Positions 38,202-47,357 of a DNA stretch of 64,000 bases are shown here, one piece after another. The translations under genes were made by a program, and so were the position numbers. The stretch's first letter is position 1. Every line of letters starts with the position of its first letter. This DNA is from Candidatus Micrarchaeota archaeon (GTDB lineage: Archaea > Micrarchaeota > Micrarchaeia > Anstonellales > JAHKLY01). The notes under the pieces are model-generated. The model searched no databases and was not told the origin of the DNA. It saw nothing but the letters and a program-made list of their open reading frames with translations. The DNA lies in NCBI GenBank assembly GCA_020854825.1, contig JAHKLY010000006.1:10743-74742 (forward strand), written 5' to 3'.

Positions 38202-38795
38202 ATGGCAAAAGCAACAGGACCAACATATGTAGTTCCTTTCAAAAGGAGAAGAAGCAGAATAACTAATTACAAAAAAAGATTAGGATTAATAAAAAGTGGA
38301 CTCCCAAGAATGGTAATTAGAAGTTCAAATAAAACAATTGAAGTTCAATTTGTACAATATGTTGAAAATGGAGATAAAATAGTTCATTCAGTTAATTCTA
38401 ACACACTTAAAAAATATGGCTGGAATCCTAAAAGAAACTCCCCAACTGCATATTTAACTTCTTTCTTATGCGCAACACAAGCAAAGAAAAAAGGAATAAC
38501 AGATTTTGTTTTAGATATTGGTATGAAAACTCCTTCAAAGGGGGCAATAATTTTTATTGGAGCAAAAGGAGCATTAGACGCAGGATTAATAACTCCATTT
38601 GGAGAAGAAAAATTAATTAAAGAAAGAATAAATGGTGCTCATATTGGAGAATATGCTAAAAAACTAAAACAAGAAGATGAAAATAAATACAAAAACATAT
38701 TCTCATCTTATATTAAAATGGGTATTAACCCTGAAGAAATTTCAAAAACATTTGAGGAAATAAGAGAAAAGCTCAAAAAAGGTGGTAATGAATGA
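38202..38795 (+). CDS. rpl18: 50S ribosomal protein L18 (uL18)
   Basis: MAKATGPTYVVPFKRRRSRITNYKKRLGLIKSGLPRMVIRSSNKTIEVQFVQY… uL18 signature. Confidence 0.9.
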   Translation: MAKATGPTYVVPFKRRRSRITNYKKRLGLIKSGLPRMVIRSSNKTIEVQFVQYVENGDKIVHSVNSNTLKKYGWNPKRNSPTAYLTSFLCATQAKKKGITDFVLDIGMKTPSKGAIIFIGAKGALDAGLITPFGEEKLIKERINGAHIGEYAKKLKQEDENKYKNIFSSYIKMGINPEEISKTFEEIREKLKKGGNE

Positions 38796-39430
38796 GAAGA
38801 AGAATAAATGGTAGAAGAGCATCTGCTGTTATCGATATAGGCGCATGGACACCAAAAACAAGAATAGGAGAAAAAGTTAAAGCAGGACAAATAAATACCA
38901 TCGAAGAAATTTTTGATCAAGGAAAACCCATTTTAGAAACTGAAATAGTTGATTATTTACTTCCAAATTTAGAATATGAAGTTTTAGAGATAAGAAACAC
39001 AACAAGAATGACTGATTGTGGAAGGAAAATGACATTTAGAGTTGTTGTATTAGTTGGCGATAAAAACGGCCATATTGGATTAGGAGCAGGAAAAAGTGAA
39101 GAAGTAAAACCTGCAATTGAATCTGCATTAAAAGATGCAAAGAAAAAGATAATTTCTGTTAAAAAAGGATGTGGATCTTGGGAATGTGGATGTGGAAAAC
39201 CCCATTCACTACCATTCAAAACAAAAGGAAAATTAGGAAGTGTTAGTGTAGAATTATATCCTGCACCAAAAGGTTTAGGATTAGTAGCAAACACAGTTAT
39301 TAAAAAAGTATTAGAACTAGCTGGGATAAATGATGCATCAAGTGCAGCAAGAGGTAGTACTACTAACTTATTTAATGCTGCATCAGCTACAATAATTGCA
39401 TTAGACAATATTAATCATATGAAAGTATAA
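38792..39430 (+). CDS. rps5: 30S ribosomal protein S5 (uS5)
   Basis: …TFRVVVLVGDKNGHIGLGAGKSEEVKPAIESALKDAKKKIISV…GLGLVANTVIKKVLELAGINDASS… uS5 signature. Confidence 0.9.
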   Translation: MRRRINGRRASAVIDIGAWTPKTRIGEKVKAGQINTIEEIFDQGKPILETEIVDYLLPNLEYEVLEIRNTTRMTDCGRKMTFRVVVLVGDKNGHIGLGAGKSEEVKPAIESALKDAKKKIISVKKGCGSWECGCGKPHSLPFKTKGKLGSVSVELYPAPKGLGLVANTVIKKVLELAGINDASSAARGSTTNLFNAASATIIALDNINHMKV

Positions 39431-39441
39431 GGGGTATATTT

Positions 39442-39870
39442 ATGAAATTAGCAATAATTAGAGTAAGAGGATTATGGGGAATAAAACCTAAAATAAAAAA
39501 TACTATGGAAAAATTAAACTTAACAAAAGTAAATCATTGTGTTATTGTAGACGACTCTCCAACATATTTGGGAATGTTAAAAATTTGCAAAGATTATGTA
39601 GCATATGGTCCCATTAGTGACACTATGATTGAAAAAGTTATTACTAAAAGAGGAAGAAAACCAGGAAACAAAAAAGTAGATATCGAAGATATATCTGGAT
39701 TTGTAGAAAAATTTATACAAGGAAAAGCAGATATTAAACATTTAGGTATTAAACCAGTTTTCAGATTAACCCCTCCAAAAAAAGGATACAAAAGTATAAA
39801 ACAAGCATACCCAAGGGGAGCATTAGGTAAATGGCCTAATATAGATGAATTACTAAATAAAATGATTTAA
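39442..39870 (+). CDS. rpl30: 50S ribosomal protein L30 (uL30)
   Basis: MKLAIIRVRGLWGIKPKIKNTMEKLNLTKVNHCVIVDDSPTYLGMLKICKDYVAYG… uL30 signature. Confidence 0.85.
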   Translation: MKLAIIRVRGLWGIKPKIKNTMEKLNLTKVNHCVIVDDSPTYLGMLKICKDYVAYGPISDTMIEKVITKRGRKPGNKKVDIEDISGFVEKFIQGKADIKHLGIKPVFRLTPPKKGYKSIKQAYPRGALGKWPNIDELLNKMI

Positions 39871-39881
39871 TTGGTGATATT

Positions 39882-40340
39882 ATGCCCATAAGAAAAAATA
39901 AAAAGAACACAAAATACTTAGGAAACAGAACTCACGGAAGAGGAGATACAAAAAGAGGTAGAGGTAAAGGAAATAAAGGAGGAATAGGAAACAGTGGTTG
40001 GAATAAACACAAATGGACTAAATGTGCAAAAAACAAAAAACAATGGATGCATGAATCAAAAGGATTTACAACTCCTGTTGATAAATCATTAGATACTATT
40101 AACGTTTTTAAAATCTCAGATATGATTGAAAAAGGAAAAATAAAAGATTCTTATGAATTTAAAGGTAAAATTTTAGGATCTGGTGAAATAATCTTCCCAA
40201 TAAAAATTAAAGCATTATCTTTTACTGAAAAGGCAAAGGAAAAAATAAAAGCAGCTGGGGGTTCAGTAGAATTAATAGTAAAAGATAAAAAGGTTGCTAA
40301 TGTATTAAATGCGGAGGAGAAGCCAGATGTCAAGTCTTGA
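39882..40340 (+). CDS. rpl15: 50S ribosomal protein L15 (uL15)
   Basis: …NRTHGRGDTKRGRGKGNKGGIGNSGWNKHKW… Gly/basic-rich uL15 N-terminus. Conserved position before secY. Confidence 0.85.
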   Translation: MPIRKNKKNTKYLGNRTHGRGDTKRGRGKGNKGGIGNSGWNKHKWTKCAKNKKQWMHESKGFTTPVDKSLDTINVFKISDMIEKGKIKDSYEFKGKILGSGEIIFPIKIKALSFTEKAKEKIKAAGGSVELIVKDKKVANVLNAEEKPDVKS

Positions 40341-41814
40341 TTTTTTAAAACCAATAATACATTTATTACCTGAAATAAAAAACCCAGATAGACCTTTAGG
40401 ATTAAAAGAAAAATTAATTTGGGTAGGAATTGCTTTAGCTTTGTTTTTTATTATGTCTAATATTACTGCATTTGGTGTTGATACAAGTAATATGCAAGGA
40501 TTAGAATTCTTACAAGTTGTAACTGCATCAAGCATAGGAACCTTATTAACAGCAGGTATTGGGCCTATTGTATTGGCAAGTATATTTTTACAATTATTTA
40601 ACGGAGCTGGAATACTCCATTTTGATATGCAAGACCCAGAAGATAAAAAAACATTTTTTGGAGTTCAAAAATTGTTAGCCATAATATTAGCTATTTTTGA
40701 AGGTATAATGTTCGTATTTTTGGGAAGATTAGATCTGATATCAAACACATTTTTTATGCAAACAATAGTTGTATCACAAATTGCTCTTAGTTCTATTATA
40801 TTATTATATTTAGATGAAATAGTATCAAAATATGGGGTTGGTTCAGGAATTAGTCTATTTATTGCTGCAAATGTGTCCTTCACTATAATTTCTGGGGCAT
40901 TAAGTTTATTAGGTTTTAATAATCCTAATGGAGTATTACAAATACTTCAAGCAGGAGGTGCAGATGCAATACCAAATGCTATTTTATATATGACTCCATT
41001 TTACTTCACTATTATTGTATTTTTAATTATTGTATATGCTGAAGGAATGAAAGTAGAACTTCCTTTATCATTTGGTTTAGCAAAAGGAGTGGGGGGAAGA
41101 TTTCCCATAAAATTCCTTTACGTTTCAAATATACCTGTGATTTTAACAGCAGCATTACTTCTAAATATACAATTCTTAGCGGCAGTATTACCTGCAAAGG
41201 ACCAGGGAGTAATGCCAGATGGATTTGATTTAGTAGGTTCAATTGGGTGGGTAGTGAATGTACCAAAAGGAACAATGATTAATGGAGAAGAAGAATTTTA
41301 CCCAGATTTACAAGATGGATTTTTATATTTAATAACTCAACGGGGGTTGTCGCCAAATCCTTTACTTACTGGAAGAAGTGTATTTGATCATTGGGGATTA
41401 ATTTTATCTTCAAGTACTCCAATATTCAAAATACCTGAAATCATGCATTTACTTATATATGCGATTGTATTTACTGGATTATGTATTTTATTTGGTATGT
41501 TTTGGGTTGAAACAGCAGGCATGGGACCAAAAGATGTTGCATCACAATTACAATCTTCAGGATTCCAAATCCCAGGGTTTAGAAGAGATCCAAGAGCAAT
41601 TGAAAATGTTGTAAACAGATATATTCCAGTCATAGTTATATTAGGAAGCGCATTTGTAGGCATAATTGCAGTATTAGCAGATTTAACAGGTGCATTAGGT
41701 ACAGGAACAGGTATCTTATTAACTGTAGGTATTTTACACAGATTTTATGAAGAATTAAAATCCATGAATGCTTTTGGTTTACATCCTGGATTTGGAAGAA
41801 TGTTTGGTATTTAA
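40327..41814 (+). CDS. secY: Preprotein translocase subunit SecY
   Basis: 10-TM protein in the conserved position after L15. …GIGPIVLASIFLQLF…, …LYMTPFYFTIIVFL… helices. Start moved to M7, overlapping the L15 end. Confidence 0.85.
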   Translation: MSSLDFLKPIIHLLPEIKNPDRPLGLKEKLIWVGIALALFFIMSNITAFGVDTSNMQGLEFLQVVTASSIGTLLTAGIGPIVLASIFLQLFNGAGILHFDMQDPEDKKTFFGVQKLLAIILAIFEGIMFVFLGRLDLISNTFFMQTIVVSQIALSSIILLYLDEIVSKYGVGSGISLFIAANVSFTIISGALSLLGFNNPNGVLQILQAGGADAIPNAILYMTPFYFTIIVFLIIVYAEGMKVELPLSFGLAKGVGGRFPIKFLYVSNIPVILTAALLLNIQFLAAVLPAKDQGVMPDGFDLVGSIGWVVNVPKGTMINGEEEFYPDLQDGFLYLITQRGLSPNPLLTGRSVFDHWGLILSSSTPIFKIPEIMHLLIYAIVFTGLCILFGMFWVETAGMGPKDVASQLQSSGFQIPGFRRDPRAIENVVNRYIPVIVILGSAFVGIIAVLADLTGALGTGTGILLTVGILHRFYEELKSMNAFGLHPGFGRMFGI

Positions 41815-41826
41815 TTGGTGAAATAA

Positions 41827-42372
41827 ATGATAATAGTAACTGGGACTCCAGGATCAGGAAAAACGACATTAATTAATTCATTTAAAGATAAATATACAAT
41901 TCTCAATTATGGAACTATTATGTTTGAAATAGCAATGGAAGAAGGGATAGTAGACGATCGAGATGAGTTAAGAAAAATACCTTTCAAAAAACAACTAGAA
42001 TTACAAAAAAAAGCAGCAAAAAAAATAGCATTAGTTGGAAAAACAAGTAATGTAATTTTAGATACTCACGCATCAATTTCAACACCTACTGGATACTATC
42101 CTGGATTAAGTAAAGAAGCATTACAAATCTTAAATCCAGATACAATAGTATTTGTATATGTTCCATTTGAAGAATTAGTAGAAAGAATTCAAGAAGATAA
42201 TTCAAGAAAAAGAGATGAATTTATTAATAAACAAAAAGTAGATGAATTAATTGAAATATCTAAATTATTTATAGCAACTTATGCAGCTGAATGTAGTGCA
42301 AAAATAGCTTTAATTAATAACTCAGGTCCTGTTGGATCAGCAGTTCCTGAAATGAAAAAAATATTAGAATAG
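41827..42372 (+). CDS. adk: Adenylate kinase, archaeal type (AdkA)
   Basis: MIIVTGTPGSGKTTL P-loop. Size about 180 aa. Conserved position after secY. Confidence 0.8.
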   Translation: MIIVTGTPGSGKTTLINSFKDKYTILNYGTIMFEIAMEEGIVDDRDELRKIPFKKQLELQKKAAKKIALVGKTSNVILDTHASISTPTGYYPGLSKEALQILNPDTIVFVYVPFEELVERIQEDNSRKRDEFINKQKVDELIEISKLFIATYAAECSAKIALINNSGPVGSAVPEMKKILE

Positions 42373-42380
42373 GTGTAAAA

Positions 42381-42863
42381 ATGGATGAATTAATAATAAA
42401 TGCATTGATCATTGTTGTAATCGCAGTATTTTATTCCTGTTTTTCTTTATTTATCAACAGAAAAATCGGAAAAAGAAAAGAAACTATGGAAATACAAGCT
42501 AAAATGAATACAATTAATAAAGAACTAAGACAAGCAATAAAAGAAAAAAATGATTCTAAAATAAAAGAATTAGAAAAACAACAAAGAGAAATCATGCCTT
42601 TGATGACAAAAGTTATGTTTAATAGTTTAAAACCAATGATTGTAATCCTTCCTGCATTTTTCATAATAATTTGGCTTGTTACATCAATAGTGCCTTCCTT
42701 TTCAATTGATTTAGGATTTGGTATTCCTATGTTCCATCCAGGAACAGTTTATGGAACAAGAGGATTTTTTGTATTAGTGACAGTTATAATAGGAATACCA
42801 TTAGGTATGATTGTAAATCATTTTGATAAAAAAAGCATGGCAAATGAGAATCAAAATAATTAA
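42381..42863 (+). CDS. DUF106-family membrane protein (Oxa1/EMC3-like) conserved downstream of adk
   Basis: TM-coiled coil-TM-TM topology (…IIVVIAVFYSCFSLFI…, KELRQAIKEKNDSKIKELEKQQREIMP…, …MIVILPAFFIIIWLV…). Synteny with adk as in many archaea. Confidence 0.55.
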   Translation: MDELIINALIIVVIAVFYSCFSLFINRKIGKRKETMEIQAKMNTINKELRQAIKEKNDSKIKELEKQQREIMPLMTKVMFNSLKPMIVILPAFFIIIWLVTSIVPSFSIDLGFGIPMFHPGTVYGTRGFFVLVTVIIGIPLGMIVNHFDKKSMANENQNN

Positions 42864-42907
42864 AAATACGTTCAATCATATTATTTATGAAATTATGTTA
42901 AAATGAG

Positions 42908-43240
42908 GTGGTTATAGTGCCAAAACCAAAAGATAGATCAAGATCAAAAAGAAAAGTAGCAGTAAAAGTCCCAGGGGGGAAAACAAAAATAATTGCAAAA
43001 AAGAAAATACATCAAGATAAACAAAGATGTGCTATTTGTAAATCTGTTCTTCAAGCTACACATTCAGATAAAAAAATGAGTAAATCAGAAAAAAGACCAG
43101 AAAGGAAATTTGGAGGCCACCTATGCCACAAATGTTTAGATAAAGTAATAACTCAAAGTACAAGATTAAATGAAGGAATTGTTGCTATTGATGATATAGA
43201 AATACGTTTTAGACCATACGTAAAAAAACTAAGCAACTAA
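42908..43240 (+). CDS. rpl34e: 50S ribosomal protein L34e
   Basis: MVIVPKPKDRSRSKRKVAVKVPGGKTKIIAKKK…CAICKSVLQ… L34e pattern including Zn-ribbon Cys pairs (C…C…C..C). Confidence 0.7.
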   Translation: MVIVPKPKDRSRSKRKVAVKVPGGKTKIIAKKKIHQDKQRCAICKSVLQATHSDKKMSKSEKRPERKFGGHLCHKCLDKVITQSTRLNEGIVAIDDIEIRFRPYVKKLSN

Positions 43241-43265
43241 CTTTTATTTTTTTTCTTTTTTTATT
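43241..43265. terminator. Oligo-T tract between convergent genes (rpl34e + / lrp-like -); candidate bidirectional archaeal terminator
   Basis: cttttattttttttctttttttattt immediately after the rpl34e stop and before the stop of the minus-strand regulator gene. Confidence 0.3.
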
Positions 43266-44220
43266 TAAATATATTCTTAGGATAGTAATTTTTGAATATT
43301 TCAGTTAAAATATAAATATCATAAAGTTTAATGATTTCTCCAAAATTTTTCCGTATATCTATAATGAATTTTCTTAATTCCAATGAATTTGATATTATTA
43401 ATCCAATATCTAAATCCCAATTTTCATGACCTAAATAATTGTAATAATAAATAACTTTTGGATGTTGTCTTAAAAACGAATATAATTTTTTATTTTCAAG
43501 AATATCTAATTTTAATTGTAAATTATACACTTCGTATCCTAATTTCTTAAAATCAATAGATATTGTATATCCTAAAATAATTTTTGATTTTTCAAGATTT
43601 TTGATTCTATATTTAATGGAATTTGGAGTTAAATTAAGTTTTTTAGCTAGTTCTACATAACTTATTCTTGAATCATTTGAAAGTATTTTAATAATTTTTT
43701 TATCCATTTCATCTATAGTATATTCTTTTTGTTTTTTTTGTTTTTTTAATTTTGTTAGTTTATACTCTTCACCAACAAATTTAGTAGGAAAGTTTTCTTC
43801 GTGCATACCAGTTCCAGTTAATATAAATTTATCCAAATATTTCTTACACTTTTCTGTTATGTCATTAGTTATATCTTTTAATTCTTTTTCATTTTTTGCT
43901 AAAATATCAAATGCAACATTCCATTTCCCAATAATTGGAGATAAATACATTATGGAATTATGATTTATTAAATATTTAATGATTATTTCTTCTTGCTCTA
44001 ACGATATTCCTTTAAATTGTATAAAACACCCATATTTTTTATAGCCTAGTTTTTTGAAATCAATTAAAGTAGTAAAATCTTTAATAAATGTATATTTTAA
44101 TTTATTAATTCTATAATTTGCAACCTCTCTACTTATGTTTACTTTTTTTGCTAACTTATTCGTAGATTCTCTTGAATTTAATAATAATTCTTTTAGTATT
44201 TTCTCGTCTTTTTTATCCAT
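43261..44220 (-). CDS. Tandem-duplicated Lrp/AsnC-family transcriptional regulator (two HTH + two RAM-like modules in one 319-aa chain)
   Basis: Two copies of the Lrp N-terminal HTH (DEKILKELLLNSRESTNKLAKKVNISREVANYRINKL… and DKKIIKILSNDSRISYVELAKKLNLTPNSIKYRIKNL…), each followed by an effector-domain-like region. Confidence 0.65.
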   Translation of the reverse strand: MDKKDEKILKELLLNSRESTNKLAKKVNISREVANYRINKLKYTFIKDFTTLIDFKKLGYKKYGCFIQFKGISLEQEEIIIKYLINHNSIMYLSPIIGKWNVAFDILAKNEKELKDITNDITEKCKKYLDKFILTGTGMHEENFPTKFVGEEYKLTKLKKQKKQKEYTIDEMDKKIIKILSNDSRISYVELAKKLNLTPNSIKYRIKNLEKSKIILGYTISIDFKKLGYEVYNLQLKLDILENKKLYSFLRQHPKVIYYYNYLGHENWDLDIGLIISNSLELRKFIIDIRKNFGEIIKLYDIYILTEIFKNYYPKNIFK

Positions 44221-44369
44221 ATTTTACATTTATTAATATAAAAGTATATAAATGTTTCAGTTATGTAAAATTTTAGACAATAACTTTTATATATTTAAAA
44301 ATACCTATTAATATCAGGAGGTTAGTTTAATTACTAAACCTTACTAAACTGATGTAGGAGGTAATTGAT

Positions 44370-44774
44370 ATGGCACTTTGCGGATTTAATGAAAAAATGT
44401 TAAAAGGTTTAACTGCGTTTAATGAAGGTCTGGTAGAACACGGCCTTTTGTATAGGTCTAAGAAGAATGGGGAAACTTTAGATCAGGCTGTAAAAAGAGA
44501 ATTATCTGATATGACACGTTTATTACAAGAAATAAATAGAATAGATGATACTGAAAAAAGAATACTTGCTGAAGGATTAGTAAAATATGCAATGAGTTTT
44601 TATCTAATCATGAGAATGAAAGGTGTTGATAATATTGAATCAGATTACAAAGAAACAATAGGAAAAATTAGTAATTATTTCTTTGAAATGGATAAGAAAT
44701 ATTATGATGAGTTAGAAGGAAAATCTGATGATATGAGAAAACTCATAGAACATTTAGATAAAATAAAGATATAA
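44370..44774 (+). CDS. Hypothetical protein (134 aa)
   Basis: ORF with AGGAGGT Shine-Dalgarno 7 nt upstream. No family recognised. Confidence 0.35.
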   Translation: MALCGFNEKMLKGLTAFNEGLVEHGLLYRSKKNGETLDQAVKRELSDMTRLLQEINRIDDTEKRILAEGLVKYAMSFYLIMRMKGVDNIESDYKETIGKISNYFFEMDKKYYDELEGKSDDMRKLIEHLDKIKI

Positions 44775-44802
44775 TTTATTCATATCTTCTTTTCCATATT
44801 TT

Positions 44803-46026
44803 TTATAGCCTAGAATACCAAATATAAAATGGAAGTTTTATTATTTCATCATATGAAGAAATATCTAATCCATTGTACACTACAACTTTATGAAACTTAT
44901 TGTTTTCTTTTTTAAATTGTTTAAAGTCTTTATTCTTAGATCCAATTTCTATTAAATAATTTTTCCAAATAAAATCTATTTGTCCATAATAAATATCTTC
45001 AAAATTTGATGCAAAAATATCTTCCATTAAATATCCGGAATATGTCTCTTCTGAAACTAATGATTTTTTAGCATAATACTCTCTAATTGCAGGAACTGTA
45101 AAATAATATTTCCATTGTTTTCTCCCAATAGTCTTTCCTTTTTTATATGGATAAACCTTTTTTATTAATTCAGTCTTTTCTAATAAAGACAGCATATTAC
45201 CAATAGTACTCTTTGATACTTCTAAATCCTTTGACAAATTTTCATAATTAGTTTCAGTTGAAGCAGATAAAATAAGAATTAATCTTTCAAATTTAGACAA
45301 GTTAGAAGTTTCTATATTCTCTATTTTAGAGATATCTAAAAATATTGCTTTATCTACTAAATCTGGTAAAGATGATTTTTCACCTTCTAAAAGATATACT
45401 AAATTATTGCGGATATATTCATTAACAATATCTAATATTTTTATCTCTCCCAATATCTCTTTGAAATATAAATCATAATTAAATGCACTCTTCAATAAAT
45501 CATTTTTTTCTATCCTAAATTGTTTAAGTTTTTTATTATATTTAATCATCACATATTCTCTAAAACTTAAAGGTAGGATATGGATATATTTTGCTCTTCT
45601 TGCCAGTATCTCTTTTGATTTAATAAGGTTTAAAGAAGAGGAACCAGTAATATAAAATTTCATCTTAGGATAAGAATCATAAGAAATTTTAATAATTTTT
45701 TCCCACTCTTCAATCACATTTATTTCATCGATAAATACTATTGCATCTTTTCCAAATAAATACTCTACCCCATCTATAACTTTTTTTAAATTTAAATCTA
45801 TTAATTTTAAATCTTCAGCATTCAAATAAATTCGTTTATCTTTATTGCTTTCTAGATATTTTTGAAATAAAAGAGTAGTTTTTCCTGAACCTCTTATACC
45901 ATACAATACATTTAATCTACTGGATAATTCTGGATATATGAATCTCTTTTGATAATTTTTATAGTATTGACTAGTTTTTTCGAATTTCAATTTTTCATTT
46001 TGTAATACTTTTATTATTTCTTCCAT
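44803..46026 (-). CDS. AAA_14/DUF4143-family ATPase (archaeal ATPase family)
   Basis: Walker A GIRGSGKTTLL. Walker B-like AIVFIDEIN. C-terminal DUF4143-like region. About 400 aa, typical for this family. Confidence 0.6.
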   Translation of the reverse strand: MEEIIKVLQNEKLKFEKTSQYYKNYQKRFIYPELSSRLNVLYGIRGSGKTTLLFQKYLESNKDKRIYLNAEDLKLIDLNLKKVIDGVEYLFGKDAIVFIDEINVIEEWEKIIKISYDSYPKMKFYITGSSSLNLIKSKEILARRAKYIHILPLSFREYVMIKYNKKLKQFRIEKNDLLKSAFNYDLYFKEILGEIKILDIVNEYIRNNLVYLLEGEKSSLPDLVDKAIFLDISKIENIETSNLSKFERLILILSASTETNYENLSKDLEVSKSTIGNMLSLLEKTELIKKVYPYKKGKTIGRKQWKYYFTVPAIREYYAKKSLVSEETYSGYLMEDIFASNFEDIYYGQIDFIWKNYLIEIGSKNKDFKQFKKENNKFHKVVVYNGLDISSYDEIIKLPFYIWYSRL

Positions 46027-46055
46027 ACATATCTATAGTTAGCAAAATTTATAAA

Positions 46056-46184
46056 CTTTTTGAAAAAACAAAAACCGTATTTTTAAACATTTGAAAAAAC
46101 AAACTTGTAAAAATCTATGTTTTTTGGCTATTTTGTCTTTTTGAAAAAACAAAAACAGCATTTTTAAACATTTGAAAAAACAAA
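46056..46184. repeat. Two 44-nt direct repeats (42/44 identical, 81-nt period), each containing two copies of TTGAAAAAACAAA (four copies in all)
   Basis: 46060-46103 ttgaaaaaacaaaaaccgtatttttaaacatttgaaaaaacaaa vs 46141-46184 ttgaaaaaacaaaaacagcatttttaaacatttgaaaaaacaaa, in the divergent intergenic region between the AAA ATPase (-) and cmk (+). Confidence 0.8.
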
Positions 46185-46267
46185 ATTAAAAAACATAATT
46201 AAATAGATTTGTTATAAATAACTTAAAAAACATCTTGTTTTTATTATTTTCTCTTTTTATTATATAT

Positions 46268-46810
46268 ATGATAATATGTATAACCGGTTTTACAGCAACT
46301 GGAAAAGACACAACTGCAGATTATATTGCTAAAAAACTAAATTTACCTAGAGTTAATTATACATTCAAAGATATGGCTAAAGAAAGGGGAATTGATTTAA
46401 TAGAATTACAAAAGATAGCATCTCAGGATGATGGGGAAATAGATAAAGAATTTGACAAAAAACAGGTTGAAGAAGCACAGAGATTAAAAAGAGAAAAAGG
46501 AGGGTGTGTAGTTTCCACTTGGATTGCACCTTGGATGATAAAAAATGTAGATTTTAAGATTTACTTATATGCAACAGAAGAAGAAAGAATAAAAAGAGTA
46601 TTAAAACGAGGAGACAGACAAACAAAAGAAGAAGCTAAAAGATATCTGAAAGAAAAGGATTGGAATAATATTGATAGATATAAAAAATATTATGACATTG
46701 ATATAAGAGATATATCTAACTTTGATTATGTTTTGGATGGTACACACTTATCAATAGAAGAACAAAATGAAAAAGTATTAACAGAAATTAAAAAGAAATT
46801 CGATTTATAA
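46268..46810 (+). CDS. cmk: Cytidylate kinase, archaeal type (Cmk), with atypical P-loop GFTATGKD
   Basis: Archaeal Cmk pattern …EID.EFD.KQ…GG.VV.TWIAPWMIKN.DFKIYLYA..EERIKR…Y.DIDI.DIS.FD.V.DGT…. Start moved to M12 to drop a hydrophobic N-extension. Confidence 0.6.
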   Translation: MIICITGFTATGKDTTADYIAKKLNLPRVNYTFKDMAKERGIDLIELQKIASQDDGEIDKEFDKKQVEEAQRLKREKGGCVVSTWIAPWMIKNVDFKIYLYATEEERIKRVLKRGDRQTKEEAKRYLKEKDWNNIDRYKKYYDIDIRDISNFDYVLDGTHLSIEEQNEKVLTEIKKKFDL

Positions 46811-46861
46811 AATATGAAAAACATATTTAAATCTTAGTTTTATTAATTAAATAGTGAATCT

Positions 46862-47320
46862 ATGGAAAAAATGTTATTTTTAATATTACTAATATCCCTC
46901 AATTTCATCGTTTCGGTTGAGTTTGAACCAGAAATTAAATTAGAAATACTTCCTTATTGCTATGGAAGTAATACTTTAATAAAACTAGAAGAATCTTACT
47001 TAGACAAAGATGAAATTATTCAGTGGAAACCATATGAAAACGCAACTGTTTTAATAAAACACTTTGGATATATAATAAATTCTGATACAACAAATTCACA
47101 AGGATACATAACATATAAATTTCCAAGTGCAAATATATATGGAATAAATGTATTAAAGGAAAATTATCCAAGATATGAATTTACTGAAATTTTATTAAGA
47201 AACTGTTTAGTTACTCCTTATATTCCCCCCGAAAGGGAACCATATATACACATTCCCCCTGTAGTAAACCCACCAGAAATTTTTTCTTTAAAATGGTATA
47301 GATTGTTTATGTTTTGGTAA
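46862..47320 (+). CDS. Hypothetical secreted protein (signal peptide; Pro-rich C-terminal region ending …RLFMFW)
   Basis: MEKMLFLILLISLNFIVSVEF signal peptide. No family recognised. Confidence 0.35.
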   Translation: MEKMLFLILLISLNFIVSVEFEPEIKLEILPYCYGSNTLIKLEESYLDKDEIIQWKPYENATVLIKHFGYIINSDTTNSQGYITYKFPSANIYGINVLKENYPRYEFTEILLRNCLVTPYIPPEREPYIHIPPVVNPPEIFSLKWYRLFMFW

Positions 47321-47357
47321 TTCCCTAAGTTTAAAAAAACAACTAATCAATATAGAT

